A stretch of DNA of 64,000 nucleotides from Actinomycetes bacterium. GTDB lineage: Bacteria > Actinomycetota > Acidimicrobiia > Acidimicrobiales > JAJYXR01. Position 1 is the stretch's first letter. Every line of letters starts with the position of its first letter. The stretch covers positions 21,429 through 85,428 of the forward strand of contig JAJYXR010000028.1 in the NCBI GenBank assembly GCA_021801795.1, written 5' to 3'. The notes beneath the pieces were generated by a model that ran no database searches, was not told the DNA's origin, and saw nothing but the letters and a program-made list of their open reading frames with translations. The position numbers and the translations under genes were made by a program. Shown piece after piece: positions 18,209 through 27,981 of this stretch.

Positions 18209-20257
18209 ATGAGCAGCCCTTCAGAGGCCACTGCCTACACTTCCTTGGACGACCAGGCCGTGGCGGTCATCCGCGGGATCGCCATGGACGGACCGGAGGC
18301 CGCCATGAGCGGTCATCCCGGCACCGCGATGGCTCTGGCGCCGCTCGCCCATGTGCTGTTCAGCCGTGTCATGAACCACGACCCCAGCGACCCGTCCTGG
18401 CCGGATAGGGATCGTTTCATCCTGTCCTGCGGGCATGCCTCGATACTGCTCTACTCGATGCTCTACCTCTGCGGCTACGGTCTCACCCTCGACGACCTGA
18501 GGTCCTTCCGCGAGTGGGGAAGCCGCACCCCAGGCCATCCCGAAGCTGGCCTCACTCCAGGGGTGGAGGTGACCACCGGCCCCCTCGGACAGGGCATCGC
18601 GAACGCGGTGGGCATGGCGCTGGCCGAGCGGTGGCTCAGATCACGCTTCGGCAGTGACATCGTGGATCACCGGACATTCGGGATCTGCTCCGACGGGGAC
18701 CTAATGGAAGGCATAAGTCACGAGGCTGCCTCCCTGGCAGGTCACCTCCGTCTCGGTCGGCTGGTGCTCGTCTACGACGATAACCACATAACCATCGACG
18801 GCCCCACCGAGCTGGCTCTCGACGACGACCCGGTAGGCCGCTTCGAGGCATACGGCTGGCACGTCGAACGAGCTGGCGAGATCGCCAACGACATGGTGGC
18901 CATAGAGGCTGCACTGCGCCGGGCACTGGAGGTGGAAGACAGACCGTCGCTGGTCGTGCTCAGAAGCCATATCGGCTGGCCCTCGCCCCATAAGACAGAC
19001 ACCTCGGCAGCCCACGGAGACCCTCTCGGTGCCGAGGAGATAAAGGCCACGAAGGCCATCCTGGGACTCCCGGTAGATCAGCCCTTCTACTCTCCGGATG
19101 AGGTCAGGGATCTCTACACCCGTCTCATGGCGCGTGGCCAGGAGATGCGGATGGCCTGGGAGAAGCGTCTAGCCGCATCCCGGATCGACCGCGAGGCATG
19201 GGACCTGGCCATGAGCTCTCGCCCGGTGCCGGGATGGGCTGACGGCCTCCCTGCCTTCGAGGCCGGCAACCAGATCGCGACGCGCCGCGCACTGAACGAC
19301 TGCATAAGGGCCACCGCGTCCGGCATACCCGGCCTGCTCGCCGGCTCGGCCGACCTCACTGGTAACACCGGCGTGGCCCTGGCAGACCACGACGACCAGT
19401 CTGCCTCTAACCCCGGCGGCACCCAGGTGCACTACGGCATCCGCGAGCATGCGATGGGCGCCATGATGAACGGGATGGCACTCCACGGAGGCGTGCTGCC
19501 CGTCGGCGGGACTTTCTTCGTCTTCAGCGACTACATGCGTCCGGCCGTGCGGCTCGCTGCTCTGAGCGGTGCCCATGTGGTCTACTCCTGGACCCACGAC
19601 TCCATAGGTCTCGGCCAGGACGGGCCGACCCACCAGCCAGTGGAGCACCTGGCGGCACTTCGGGCCATGCCTGGCCTCAGGGTGATACGCCCTGCCGACG
19701 CCAACGAGTGCGCCGAGGCGTGGCGGCTGGCGGTCGAGCTTCCCGGACCTACCGCCCTGGTACTCAGCCGCCAGGCGCTCCCCGTGCTCGAAGAGACTGC
19801 CGCCGCACGGAGATCAGGCGCCGCTGGCGTGGCTGCAGGAGGCTACGTCCTGCGCGAACCTTCCGGGTCCTCACCCGCGGTGGTGCTCGTCGGCACCGGC
19901 AGCGAGGTGCAGCTGTGCCTGGAGGCCGCGCGCGAGCTGGATGCGGGTGGCATCCCCGCACGCGTGGTGTCCCTGCCCTCCTTCGAGCTGTTCGCCGAAC
20001 AGGACCCGCTCTACCGCCAGAGCGTCCTGCCCGCGAACGTGCCCACGCTGGCCGTAGAGGCTGCCTCCAGTTTCGGCTGGGAGAGGTACGCAGACGACAT
20101 GCTGGGCATCGACCATTTCGGGGCCTCGGCACCCGGAGCCGAGGTGATGGCTCACTTCGGCTTCAGCGCGGGGGCGGTGGCCGAGCGCGCCCGAAGGCTG
20201 TTAGCACTGGGCCCCCCTGGGGCCCCTCGTGGGCAGTCCGCGCGTCCGGGCTCATGA
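18209..20257 (+). CDS. tkt: Transketolase
   Basis: 682 aa. It has ...SGHPGTAMALAP..., ...DRDRFILSCGHAS.LLYS... and the TPP-binding ...GDLMEGISHEAASLAGH... Confidence 0.92.
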   Translation: MSSPSEATAYTSLDDQAVAVIRGIAMDGPEAAMSGHPGTAMALAPLAHVLFSRVMNHDPSDPSWPDRDRFILSCGHASILLYSMLYLCGYGLTLDDLRSFREWGSRTPGHPEAGLTPGVEVTTGPLGQGIANAVGMALAERWLRSRFGSDIVDHRTFGICSDGDLMEGISHEAASLAGHLRLGRLVLVYDDNHITIDGPTELALDDDPVGRFEAYGWHVERAGEIANDMVAIEAALRRALEVEDRPSLVVLRSHIGWPSPHKTDTSAAHGDPLGAEEIKATKAILGLPVDQPFYSPDEVRDLYTRLMARGQEMRMAWEKRLAASRIDREAWDLAMSSRPVPGWADGLPAFEAGNQIATRRALNDCIRATASGIPGLLAGSADLTGNTGVALADHDDQSASNPGGTQVHYGIREHAMGAMMNGMALHGGVLPVGGTFFVFSDYMRPAVRLAALSGAHVVYSWTHDSIGLGQDGPTHQPVEHLAALRAMPGLRVIRPADANECAEAWRLAVELPGPTALVLSRQALPVLEETAAARRSGAAGVAAGGYVLREPSGSSPAVVLVGTGSEVQLCLEAARELDAGGIPARVVSLPSFELFAEQDPLYRQSVLPANVPTLAVEAASSFGWERYADDMLGIDHFGASAPGAEVMAHFGFSAGAVAERARRLLALGPPGAPRGQSARPGS

Positions 20258-20344
20258 CGGTGCACACCGACGACCACCTCGCCAGTAACCCCTACGCATG
20301 GCTCGCGCGCCTTGGCTCGAGCCCGATCATCCGGAGGAGAGCAC

Positions 20345-21466
20345 ATGACACGGCTGCATGACCTCTACGAGATAGGGGGTCAGAGCCCCTGGCTCGATAA
20401 CCTGAGGCGCGACTACCTGCGCTCTGGACGCCTCGGAGATCTCGTCTCCCGTGGAGTGAGGGGCGTCACCTCCAATCCCACCATCTTCGCGAAGGCCATA
20501 GAGACCGACGACGACTACGACGAGCAGTTCGGCGACCTCCTTGCCTCCCATGACATCGAGGCCGCCTACTGGGAGATGGTGGTCTCGGACATCACCGCCG
20601 CGCTCGAAGTGCTGGCGCCTGTCCACGAGGCTTCCGGCGGCATCGACGGCTATGTCTCGGTGGAGGTCGCTCCAGCCCTGGCCCACGACGCACCAGGTAC
20701 CCTGTCGGCTGCCAGATCCCTGCACGAGCGTATCGCAGCGCCGAACCTGCACGTGAAGGTCCCGGCCACCCTCGAGGGCGTAGAGGCCATCCGAACCCTC
20801 GTCGCCGAGGGTCACAGCATTAACGTGACCCTCATATTCGGCCTGGCGCGCTACGGGGAGGTCGTGGAGGCTTACATCGGTGGCCTCGAGGACCGCCTGG
20901 CGAGCGGCGTCGACGACCTGTCGCCCGTCCGCAGCGTGGCATCCTTCTTCGTCAGCCGGGTCGACACAGAGGTGGACCGCAGGCTCGACAGGCTCGCGGA
21001 CCGCGACGATTCGAGAGCCGAGCAGCTCCTGGCACTGAGGGGAACCGCAGCAGTCGCCCAGGCGCGCGCCGCATACGGGATATTCACGGAGAAGTTCTCC
21101 TCACAGCGCTGGGTGAACCTGGCGGCGCATGGAGCGACCGTACAGCGACCCCTCTGGGCGTCGACCTCGACGAAGAACCCCGCCTACCCCGATCTCGCCT
21201 ACGTGGAGACGCTCATCGGCCCCGACACCGTGAACACCATGCCGGACGAGACCCTGGATGCCTTCCTGGACCACGGTAAAGTCCTGCGGACCGTCGACTC
21301 CGACCCCGGTGCCGGCCCGGCCGCACTGGACAGGCTGGCCGAGGCCGGCATCGACATGGAGGATGTAGCCGCGACGCTCGAGGACCAGGGAGTGGCCGGC
21401 TTCACGAAGTCCTTCGACGAACTGCTCGAAGTCCTGGCGACCAAGGCCAAGCAGATGGCCGGATGA
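20345..21466 (+). CDS. tal: Transaldolase (actinobacterial long type)
   Basis: The ATG at 20345 follows GGAGGAG. MTRLHDLYEIGGQSPWLDNLRRDYL...VTSNPTIFAKA... matches the family. Confidence 0.9.
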   Translation: MTRLHDLYEIGGQSPWLDNLRRDYLRSGRLGDLVSRGVRGVTSNPTIFAKAIETDDDYDEQFGDLLASHDIEAAYWEMVVSDITAALEVLAPVHEASGGIDGYVSVEVAPALAHDAPGTLSAARSLHERIAAPNLHVKVPATLEGVEAIRTLVAEGHSINVTLIFGLARYGEVVEAYIGGLEDRLASGVDDLSPVRSVASFFVSRVDTEVDRRLDRLADRDDSRAEQLLALRGTAAVAQARAAYGIFTEKFSSQRWVNLAAHGATVQRPLWASTSTKNPAYPDLAYVETLIGPDTVNTMPDETLDAFLDHGKVLRTVDSDPGAGPAALDRLAEAGIDMEDVAATLEDQGVAGFTKSFDELLEVLATKAKQMAG

Positions 21467-21491
21467 TGTCCTGCGCGAGGAGGTATGAGAC

Positions 21492-22499
21492 ATGAAGATC
21501 GGCATGGTGGGCCTGGGGAAGATGGGCGCGAACATGACCCAGCGTCTCATCGAGAAGGGTCACGACGTGGTGGCATTCGACCTGAGCAGCGAGGCCCGCG
21601 CTGACGTGGCTCGCAGGGGAGCCACACCTGCCTCCACCATCGAGGAGCTCGTATCCTCACTCGACGCCCCACGCGTCGTCTGGGTGATGGTCCCGGCAGG
21701 AGAACCCACCACTTCCACCATCGCCACTCTGGCGAAGGTACTGTCTGGCGGGGACGTGGTCATAGATGGCGGTAACTCGAACTATCGGGAGGCAGCTCCC
21801 ACCGCGGCTCTACTCGCCGAAAAGGGCATCGGCTTCGTGGACGCAGGCACCTCGGGAGGCGTATGGGGCCTTGCGAACGGATACTGCCTCATGGTCGGAG
21901 GCACCCCGGAGGCCGTCGGTGTCTGTGAGCCGATCTTCCTGGCTCTTGCACCAGAAGGAGGATACGCACACGTAGGACCCGTAGGTGCAGGCCACTTCGT
22001 GAAGATGGTCCACAACGGCATCGAGTACGGCCTGATGCAGGCCTATGCCGAAGGGTTCGCGATCATGGGAGCCGCTGACGAGTTCTCCATCGACCTGCAC
22101 CAGGTGGCGTCGATCTGGCGATATGGCTCCGTAGTGCGCTCCTGGCTGCTCGAGCTCACCGAGAGGGCCTTGGCGCCAGGTTCTGGGTTCGAGACCATAG
22201 AGGGCTACGTCGTCGATTCGGGCGAGGGCCGCTGGACACTGGAGGAAGCCATCGAGCGCAGCGTTCCAGCGCCTGTTATCGCGGCTTCCCTCTTCGAGCG
22301 GTTCGCCTCGCGCGAGCCGGATTCCTTCGCGAACCGGCTCCTGGCAGCACTCAGGAACCAGTTCGGCGGCCATGCCGTGCTGAGTGAGGGATCGGCTGCC
22401 CCAACAGGCACCACTCCCCCGGGCTCTGCCAATGTCTCGAAGGGCACAGCTACCGGCACAGCTACCGGCACTGGGCCCGGTGGCGCCAGGCCCAAGTGA
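21492..22499 (+). CDS. gnd: 6-phosphogluconate dehydrogenase, short (YqeC/Gnd-like) decarboxylating form
   Basis: MKIGMVGLGKMGANMTQRLIEKGHDVVAFD... is the Rossmann start, and ...GAGHFVKMVHNGIEYG... is present. The low-complexity C-terminal tail (GTATGTATGTG) comes from a 12-bp repeat. The stop overlaps the zwf GTG (GTGA). Confidence 0.85.
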   Translation: MKIGMVGLGKMGANMTQRLIEKGHDVVAFDLSSEARADVARRGATPASTIEELVSSLDAPRVVWVMVPAGEPTTSTIATLAKVLSGGDVVIDGGNSNYREAAPTAALLAEKGIGFVDAGTSGGVWGLANGYCLMVGGTPEAVGVCEPIFLALAPEGGYAHVGPVGAGHFVKMVHNGIEYGLMQAYAEGFAIMGAADEFSIDLHQVASIWRYGSVVRSWLLELTERALAPGSGFETIEGYVVDSGEGRWTLEEAIERSVPAPVIAASLFERFASREPDSFANRLLAALRNQFGGHAVLSEGSAAPTGTTPPGSANVSKGTATGTATGTGPGGARPK

Positions 22500-24019
22500 C
22501 CACAGCGGCTCCAGGCCAGCAGACCGGCGCTGCGCCACGCTCCGGGCTCTCCCCCGCGCCGCCACACATCCTGGTCGTGTTCGGTGCCTCCGGTGATCTG
22601 GCGACCCGTAAGCTGCTGCCTGCGCTCGCAGGGCTGGCCTCCCAGGGAGCCTTGCCCGAGAACTTCAACGTGGTGGGAGTGGCCAGGACCACTTGGACCG
22701 ACGACGAGTTCAGGAAGGTCGCGCTGGAGTCCGCGCCAGAGGCTTCCTCGTCGTGGACGAAGCTCGCATCCCGGTTCCGCTACGTCGCAGGCGAGTACTC
22801 CGACGCTGGCACATTCACCAGGCTGGCCGGCGTGCTCGCGGACTGCGACGACCAGCTCGGTACCGGAGGGAACCGGGTCTACTACCTCGCCACCGTGCCC
22901 GACGCCTTCGCCACCGTAGCCGACGGCCTGGCGGCCTCGGGCCTGAACCGGCCCTCTTCAGCCTCCTCGACGGCGCGCCTGGTGGTGGAGAAGCCTTACG
23001 GGCATGACCTCGACAGCGCCCTCGAGCTCGACAGCGCCCTGAAGCGCTCCTTCGAGGAGAAGGATCTGTTCCGGATCGACCACTACATGGGAAAGGAGAC
23101 CGTCCAGAACGTGCTAGCCCTGCGGTTCGCCAATGCGGTGTTCGAACCCGTCTGGAACAGGCGCTACGTGGACGCCGTCCAGGTCACCGTGGCCGAGAGC
23201 CTTGGCGTGGAGCACCGGGGTGGCTTCTACGAGCACGCGGGGGCCCTACGCGACATCATCCAGAACCACATGATGCAGGTCCTCGCCCTCACCCTCATGG
23301 AGCCCCCCGCCACCGTCGACGCCCTGGGGATACGTGACGAGAAGGTGAAGCTCCTGAGGGCCATCGAGGTGCCCAGCGTCGACGCCGCGGCGGGATCCGT
23401 GGTCCGTGGCCAGTACACCGCTGGCACCATCGACTCGAGCCCCGTCCCTGGATACAGGCAGGAAGACGGCGTGGACCCTCTCAGCAGCACCGAGACCTAC
23501 GTTGCCATGCGCCTCGCGGTGGACAACTGGAGATGGGCGGGTGTGCCTGTCTACGTCCGAACTGGCAAGCGTCTCCCCGAGCGCCTCACAGAGGTCGTGC
23601 TGCGCTTCCACCGGGTCCCGCACCTGGCATTCGGAGGCCGGCTCGCCCGTGAGCTCCAGCCGAACTGCCTGGTGCTGCGCATCCAGCCCGACGACGGCAT
23701 CACCCTCCACTTCGGTGCGAAGATACCCGGAGAGGCATTCAGGGTACGCACCGTGAAGATGGAGTTCTCCTACGCCGAGGCCTTCCAAGACCCCAGGGCG
23801 GATGCCTATGAGCGCCTGCTGCATGACGCGATGGTGGGTGACGCAACCTTGTTCGTGCGCGCCGACGAGGTGGACCAGGCATGGCGGATAGTGGACCCCT
23901 TCCTCGACGCATTCGAAGACGACGCCGTGCCCCTCGCAACATACCCTGCAGGCACCTGGGGACCTCGCGAGGCCGAACTCCTGATGAGCGGCAGGGAGTT
24001 CGGCTGGGGCGTACCCTGA
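22496..24019 (+). CDS. zwf: Glucose-6-phosphate 1-dehydrogenase
   Basis: 507 aa. It has ...VFGASGDLATRKLLPAL... and the active-site ...RIDHYMGKE... Confidence 0.92.
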   Translation: MTTAAPGQQTGAAPRSGLSPAPPHILVVFGASGDLATRKLLPALAGLASQGALPENFNVVGVARTTWTDDEFRKVALESAPEASSSWTKLASRFRYVAGEYSDAGTFTRLAGVLADCDDQLGTGGNRVYYLATVPDAFATVADGLAASGLNRPSSASSTARLVVEKPYGHDLDSALELDSALKRSFEEKDLFRIDHYMGKETVQNVLALRFANAVFEPVWNRRYVDAVQVTVAESLGVEHRGGFYEHAGALRDIIQNHMMQVLALTLMEPPATVDALGIRDEKVKLLRAIEVPSVDAAAGSVVRGQYTAGTIDSSPVPGYRQEDGVDPLSSTETYVAMRLAVDNWRWAGVPVYVRTGKRLPERLTEVVLRFHRVPHLAFGGRLARELQPNCLVLRIQPDDGITLHFGAKIPGEAFRVRTVKMEFSYAEAFQDPRADAYERLLHDAMVGDATLFVRADEVDQAWRIVDPFLDAFEDDAVPLATYPAGTWGPREAELLMSGREFGWGVP

Positions 24020-24046
24020 GCCGCTCCTAGCCACCTGGATCCACTC

Positions 24047-25570
24047 ATGCGCTTCAAAGCTGCTCCCACCGAGCGCCTGGTAAGGCGCGTGGTAGTGCAG
24101 GTAGGCATCACCTACGTGCTCGTTGGGATATTCGCCGTCTCGGCCACCGTCTTCGAACCGCGCCTGCGCTCCAGAGCAGACCTGGCGGCTGCCCTCGGCA
24201 TCGGGGCTGTCCTCCTGGTCACCAACCTCCGCGACTTCCATAACCTGCGCGTCGGGCACCTCGAACGATTCGCGCCCTACTTCGTCCTGGCCCAGGCCTG
24301 CGGAGGGATCCTGGCACTCGCTCTCTTCGTCCGCTCCGTGGGCGCCCATCACGGCACGTTCGTCCTGCTGGTGGTGCTGCCCGTCATCGCCGTAGCAGTC
24401 ATAGGGGACCGCGCCATGCTGGCCGTGGCCTGGGTCGTCTCCATAGGGGCGTTGGTCCTGGTGGTCGGGCCCGAAGTGCACTCGGCCGGAGCTGAAGCAT
24501 GGACCGTCCTGCTCTACGCTCTCGGAGCCGGAGGGATCTCGCTCCTGGTCGACCATGCGGTGCGGGGAATGCTGCACAGCTCCCTCGTGAACCAGGCCCT
24601 CACCGAGGTGGCAGCTCACACTGCGAACGTGAGGGACTGGCCTGGAGGCGTGCTGCCTGTGGCCGCGCTGCTGGCGCAGGCCCTCGACGCGGAACGCTAC
24701 GCGGTCCTGGCGCGCCGGGTCGGCTCCGAGGAGATCGAACCGGTTCTGACCTGGCCACCAGATGCGCTCTGGGCCGACTGGCATGACCTCGTCGAGATAG
24801 CGGCCACGGCATTCGACGACCACCTGCCTACGCTCGGAAGCCACCTCGTGGCCGCACCTGCGTGCACCGAGGACCTCTGCGTGGCCGTGGTCACCCCCAG
24901 GCGGTCCCGCACGGACCCGATGGACCAGAGGGTCCTGGCAAGCACGGTCGCCGGGTTCCTCGCCGCCATGGCCGACCGCGCCACCCTCGTAAGACGCCTT
25001 CTCGAACAGGCTCGGACGGACGAGCTCACCGGCTTGCCGAACCGGAGGCACATGTTCGACGTGCTGCACCGGGAGCTGGCCCATGCTGCCCGGAGCGATT
25101 CAGCCCTTTCGGTCGCGATGCTCGACCTCGACCACTTCAAGCGCTACAACGACCGCTTCGGCCATCAGGCCGGTGACGAGCTTCTCAGATCCTTCGCGTC
25201 GCAGTTCACGCGGCGGCTGAGGGCCCAGGACACCATCGCTCGCTACGGCGGCGAGGAGTTCCTGGTCATCATGCCCTCTACCGACACGAAAGGCGCCGCA
25301 CTCCTGGTCCGCCAGGTAGCAGCCGAACCGCTCCTGGGCGAGGGTGGAGATCCGGTCACCTTCTCCGCGGGGATCGCGTCCTGGGACCACGCAGAGGATG
25401 CCGACCGGCTGATCGGCAGGGCCGATGCCGCTCTCTACCGCGCGAAGGCGGCGGGCCGGAACCTGGTCGTCGTGGCCGACACCAAGGTGGCTGCCCCCAA
25501 GCCAGCTCCCGCGTCGCATGGCAGGGACGCTGAAAGGCCACATGATCTCCCGGGTGGGAAACCTCGCTGA
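24047..25570 (+). CDS. Membrane-anchored diguanylate cyclase (GGDEF)
   Basis: 507 aa. About 5-6 N-terminal TM helices are followed by a GAF-like middle region. The GGDEF domain has ...DELTGLPNRR... and ...RYGGEEF... Confidence 0.85.
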   Translation: MRFKAAPTERLVRRVVVQVGITYVLVGIFAVSATVFEPRLRSRADLAAALGIGAVLLVTNLRDFHNLRVGHLERFAPYFVLAQACGGILALALFVRSVGAHHGTFVLLVVLPVIAVAVIGDRAMLAVAWVVSIGALVLVVGPEVHSAGAEAWTVLLYALGAGGISLLVDHAVRGMLHSSLVNQALTEVAAHTANVRDWPGGVLPVAALLAQALDAERYAVLARRVGSEEIEPVLTWPPDALWADWHDLVEIAATAFDDHLPTLGSHLVAAPACTEDLCVAVVTPRRSRTDPMDQRVLASTVAGFLAAMADRATLVRRLLEQARTDELTGLPNRRHMFDVLHRELAHAARSDSALSVAMLDLDHFKRYNDRFGHQAGDELLRSFASQFTRRLRAQDTIARYGGEEFLVIMPSTDTKGAALLVRQVAAEPLLGEGGDPVTFSAGIASWDHAEDADRLIGRADAALYRAKAAGRNLVVVADTKVAAPKPAPASHGRDAERPHDLPGGKPR

Positions 25571-25599
25571 TGGCCCCATCTGGCCGGTAAGGTGGCCTG

Positions 25600-27903
25600 G
25601 TGGACATAGGAGATCCCGCCGGAGCGGCACTGGACATCGAGTACCTGACACAGGCCACCAGCAGGCAGCTCGCCGAGAGCGCCCGCAGTATCCGTCTCTC
25701 CCAGTGGGGATCGCGGGTCACCTACTCCCCCAAGGTCTTCATCCCGCTAACCCAGCTCTGCCGGGACCGTTGCGGATACTGCACCTTCGCCAAACCGCCC
25801 GCCCGTACCCGCTCCCCCTACCTGTCGCCAGACGAGGTGCTTGCCATAGCGCGTGCCGGTGCCTCCTCGGGATGCCACGAGGCTCTCTTCACCCTCGGCG
25901 AAGCCCCCGAGGAGAGGTACCCCGCAGCACGCGACTGGCTCGCCCGCAGTGGATACGAGACCACGATCGACTACCTCGTCGACATGTGCGCGCTGGTGCG
26001 CGACGAAACGGGCCTGCTGCCTCATGCCAACGCCGGCGCACTGAGCTCTGGCGACCTGGCAGCGCTGAGGGCGGTGACGGCCAGCCAGGGGATGATGCTA
26101 GAGACGCTGAACCCGGATCTCGACTGCCACCGGAGCTGTCCCGATAAGGCTCCCGAGCGCCGCCTGGCCACCCTGGAGGCGGCCGGGAGCCTGCGGATCC
26201 CCTTCACCACCGGCATCCTCGTGGGGATCGGTGAGACCCGTGCGGACCGGATAGAAGCTCTCCGTGCGATCCGTGACGCCCATGCCCGCCATGGTCACGT
26301 ACAGGAGGTGATCATCCAGAACTTCCTGCCAAAGCCCGGCACCGCCATGCACGACAGCCCCGCCTGCGACATCGAAGAGCTGCTCTGGACCATCGCGCTG
26401 GCACGGATCCTCCTCCCGAGTACGGTGCATCTCCAGGCGCCGCCGAACCTCGTGGACGACATCTCCGGGCTGCTGGCCGCCGGGATCGACGACTTCGGTG
26501 GGGTATCACCGGTCACGGCAGACCATGTGAACCCCGAGCGTGCCTGGCCCGAGGTGGAGCGCCTCGTCGAGGCCGCCAGATCCGAGGGTCTCGAGCTGGC
26601 CCCGAGGCTCACCATCTATCCCGGCTACGCCCTGGATCCCGCCACCTGGCTGGACCCCGAGATGCGCTTCGCGGTGCTGGATGCTTCCGACGCCGAGGGC
26701 CTCGCGAGAGAGGACCGCTGGTGCAGCGGCGGCGACGCTCCCCCTCCCCTCCTGGTCTCTGCGTCCCCCTCAGCCAGGCAGGGCCGCCTCTCGGGCGCGC
26801 TCCAGGAGGTCCTCGACGGGGTCCTCGACGGTCAGCGGGTCTCCGAGGACGAGATCGTCACCCTGTTCGGGGCCCGCGGGCGCGAGGTGCGCGCTGTGGC
26901 AGAGGTGGCAGACGAGCTGCGCCGCCAGGTCAACGGGGACGCAGTCACCTACGTCATGAACCGGAACATCAACTACACGAACATCTGCACCTACCGGTGC
27001 CGGTTCTGCGCCTTCTCGAAAGGCCCCCTCTCCCTGAACCTGCGCGGTGATCCCTACCTTCTCGATCTCGAGGAGATCAGCCGCCGTGTAGCAGAGGCCG
27101 AGGCGGCAGGTGCCACAGAGGTATGCCTGCAGGGCGGCATCCACCCCAGCTTCGACGGCGACTACTACCTCCAGGTGATCCGGGCAGTTCGCGATGCATC
27201 GGCGCACATCCACATACATGGCTTCACTGCCCTGGAGGTCACCGAGGGAGCACGCCGTCTAGGCGAGCCACTACCGGCCTATCTCGCTCGCCTGAAGGAG
27301 GCCGGCCTGGCCACCCTGCCGGGCACCGCTGCGGAGATCCTCGACGACCAGGTGCGCGCGGAGCTCTGCCCTGACAAGATCTCCACCGCCGAATGGATAG
27401 AGGCCCACCGAGCGGCCCATGAGGTGGGCCTTAGGTCGAACGTCACGATCATGTTCGGGTCCATAGAGCATCCCCGCTCCTGGGCACGTCACCTGATGGT
27501 GACCCGCGACCTCCAGGAGCAGACCGGTGGGTTCACGGAGTTCGTCCCGCTGCCCTTCGTGCACATGGCCTCTCCCATATACCTCCGTCGTCATGCCCGG
27601 CGCGGGCCGACATTTCGCGAGGTAGTCCTCATGCATGCCGTCGGCCGTATCGCCTATCACGGCTTCATCGAGAACATCCAGGCCAGCTGGGTAAAGCTTG
27701 GTCCAGCCGGCGTAGCCCAGCTGCTCGATGCAGGTGTGAACGACCTCGGAGGCACCCTGATGGACGAGAACATATCGCGCGCCGCTGGCGCGACCCATGG
27801 CCAGGCGCTCGGCCCGGCAGAGCTCGAGGGGATCGTCACCCCCCTCGGCCGCAGGCTGGAGCAACGCACCACCCTCTACGGCCGGGTGCCGGCAAGTGCC
27901 TGA
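25600..27903 (+). CDS. fbiC: FO synthase (fused CofG/CofH), F420 biosynthesis
   Basis: 767 aa. Two radical-SAM motifs, CRDRCGYCTF and CTYRCRFCAF, sit in two homologous halves. The start is GTG. Confidence 0.9.
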   Translation: MDIGDPAGAALDIEYLTQATSRQLAESARSIRLSQWGSRVTYSPKVFIPLTQLCRDRCGYCTFAKPPARTRSPYLSPDEVLAIARAGASSGCHEALFTLGEAPEERYPAARDWLARSGYETTIDYLVDMCALVRDETGLLPHANAGALSSGDLAALRAVTASQGMMLETLNPDLDCHRSCPDKAPERRLATLEAAGSLRIPFTTGILVGIGETRADRIEALRAIRDAHARHGHVQEVIIQNFLPKPGTAMHDSPACDIEELLWTIALARILLPSTVHLQAPPNLVDDISGLLAAGIDDFGGVSPVTADHVNPERAWPEVERLVEAARSEGLELAPRLTIYPGYALDPATWLDPEMRFAVLDASDAEGLAREDRWCSGGDAPPPLLVSASPSARQGRLSGALQEVLDGVLDGQRVSEDEIVTLFGARGREVRAVAEVADELRRQVNGDAVTYVMNRNINYTNICTYRCRFCAFSKGPLSLNLRGDPYLLDLEEISRRVAEAEAAGATEVCLQGGIHPSFDGDYYLQVIRAVRDASAHIHIHGFTALEVTEGARRLGEPLPAYLARLKEAGLATLPGTAAEILDDQVRAELCPDKISTAEWIEAHRAAHEVGLRSNVTIMFGSIEHPRSWARHLMVTRDLQEQTGGFTEFVPLPFVHMASPIYLRRHARRGPTFREVVLMHAVGRIAYHGFIENIQASWVKLGPAGVAQLLDAGVNDLGGTLMDENISRAAGATHGQALGPAELEGIVTPLGRRLEQRTTLYGRVPASA

Positions 27904-27923
27904 TCTACCGGGGACCGAGCGGG

Positions 27924-27968
27924 CGCAGGTCCCGCGCGCGCAGGTCCCGCGGGCGCAGGTCCCGCAGG
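27924..27968. repeat. 3 x 15-bp direct repeat (core CGCAGGTCCCGC) in the fbiC/LOG intergenic region
   Basis: The cores are at 27924-27935, 27939-27950 and 27954-27965. Confidence 0.85.
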
Positions 27969-27981
27969 CTGGCTAACCCAG

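Noticed and set aside
23246-25084. 612-aa minus-strand ORF spanning zwf and the GGDEF gene
   Set aside because: It is antisense to two motif-supported genes and crosses their intergenic gap, which marks it as an artefact.
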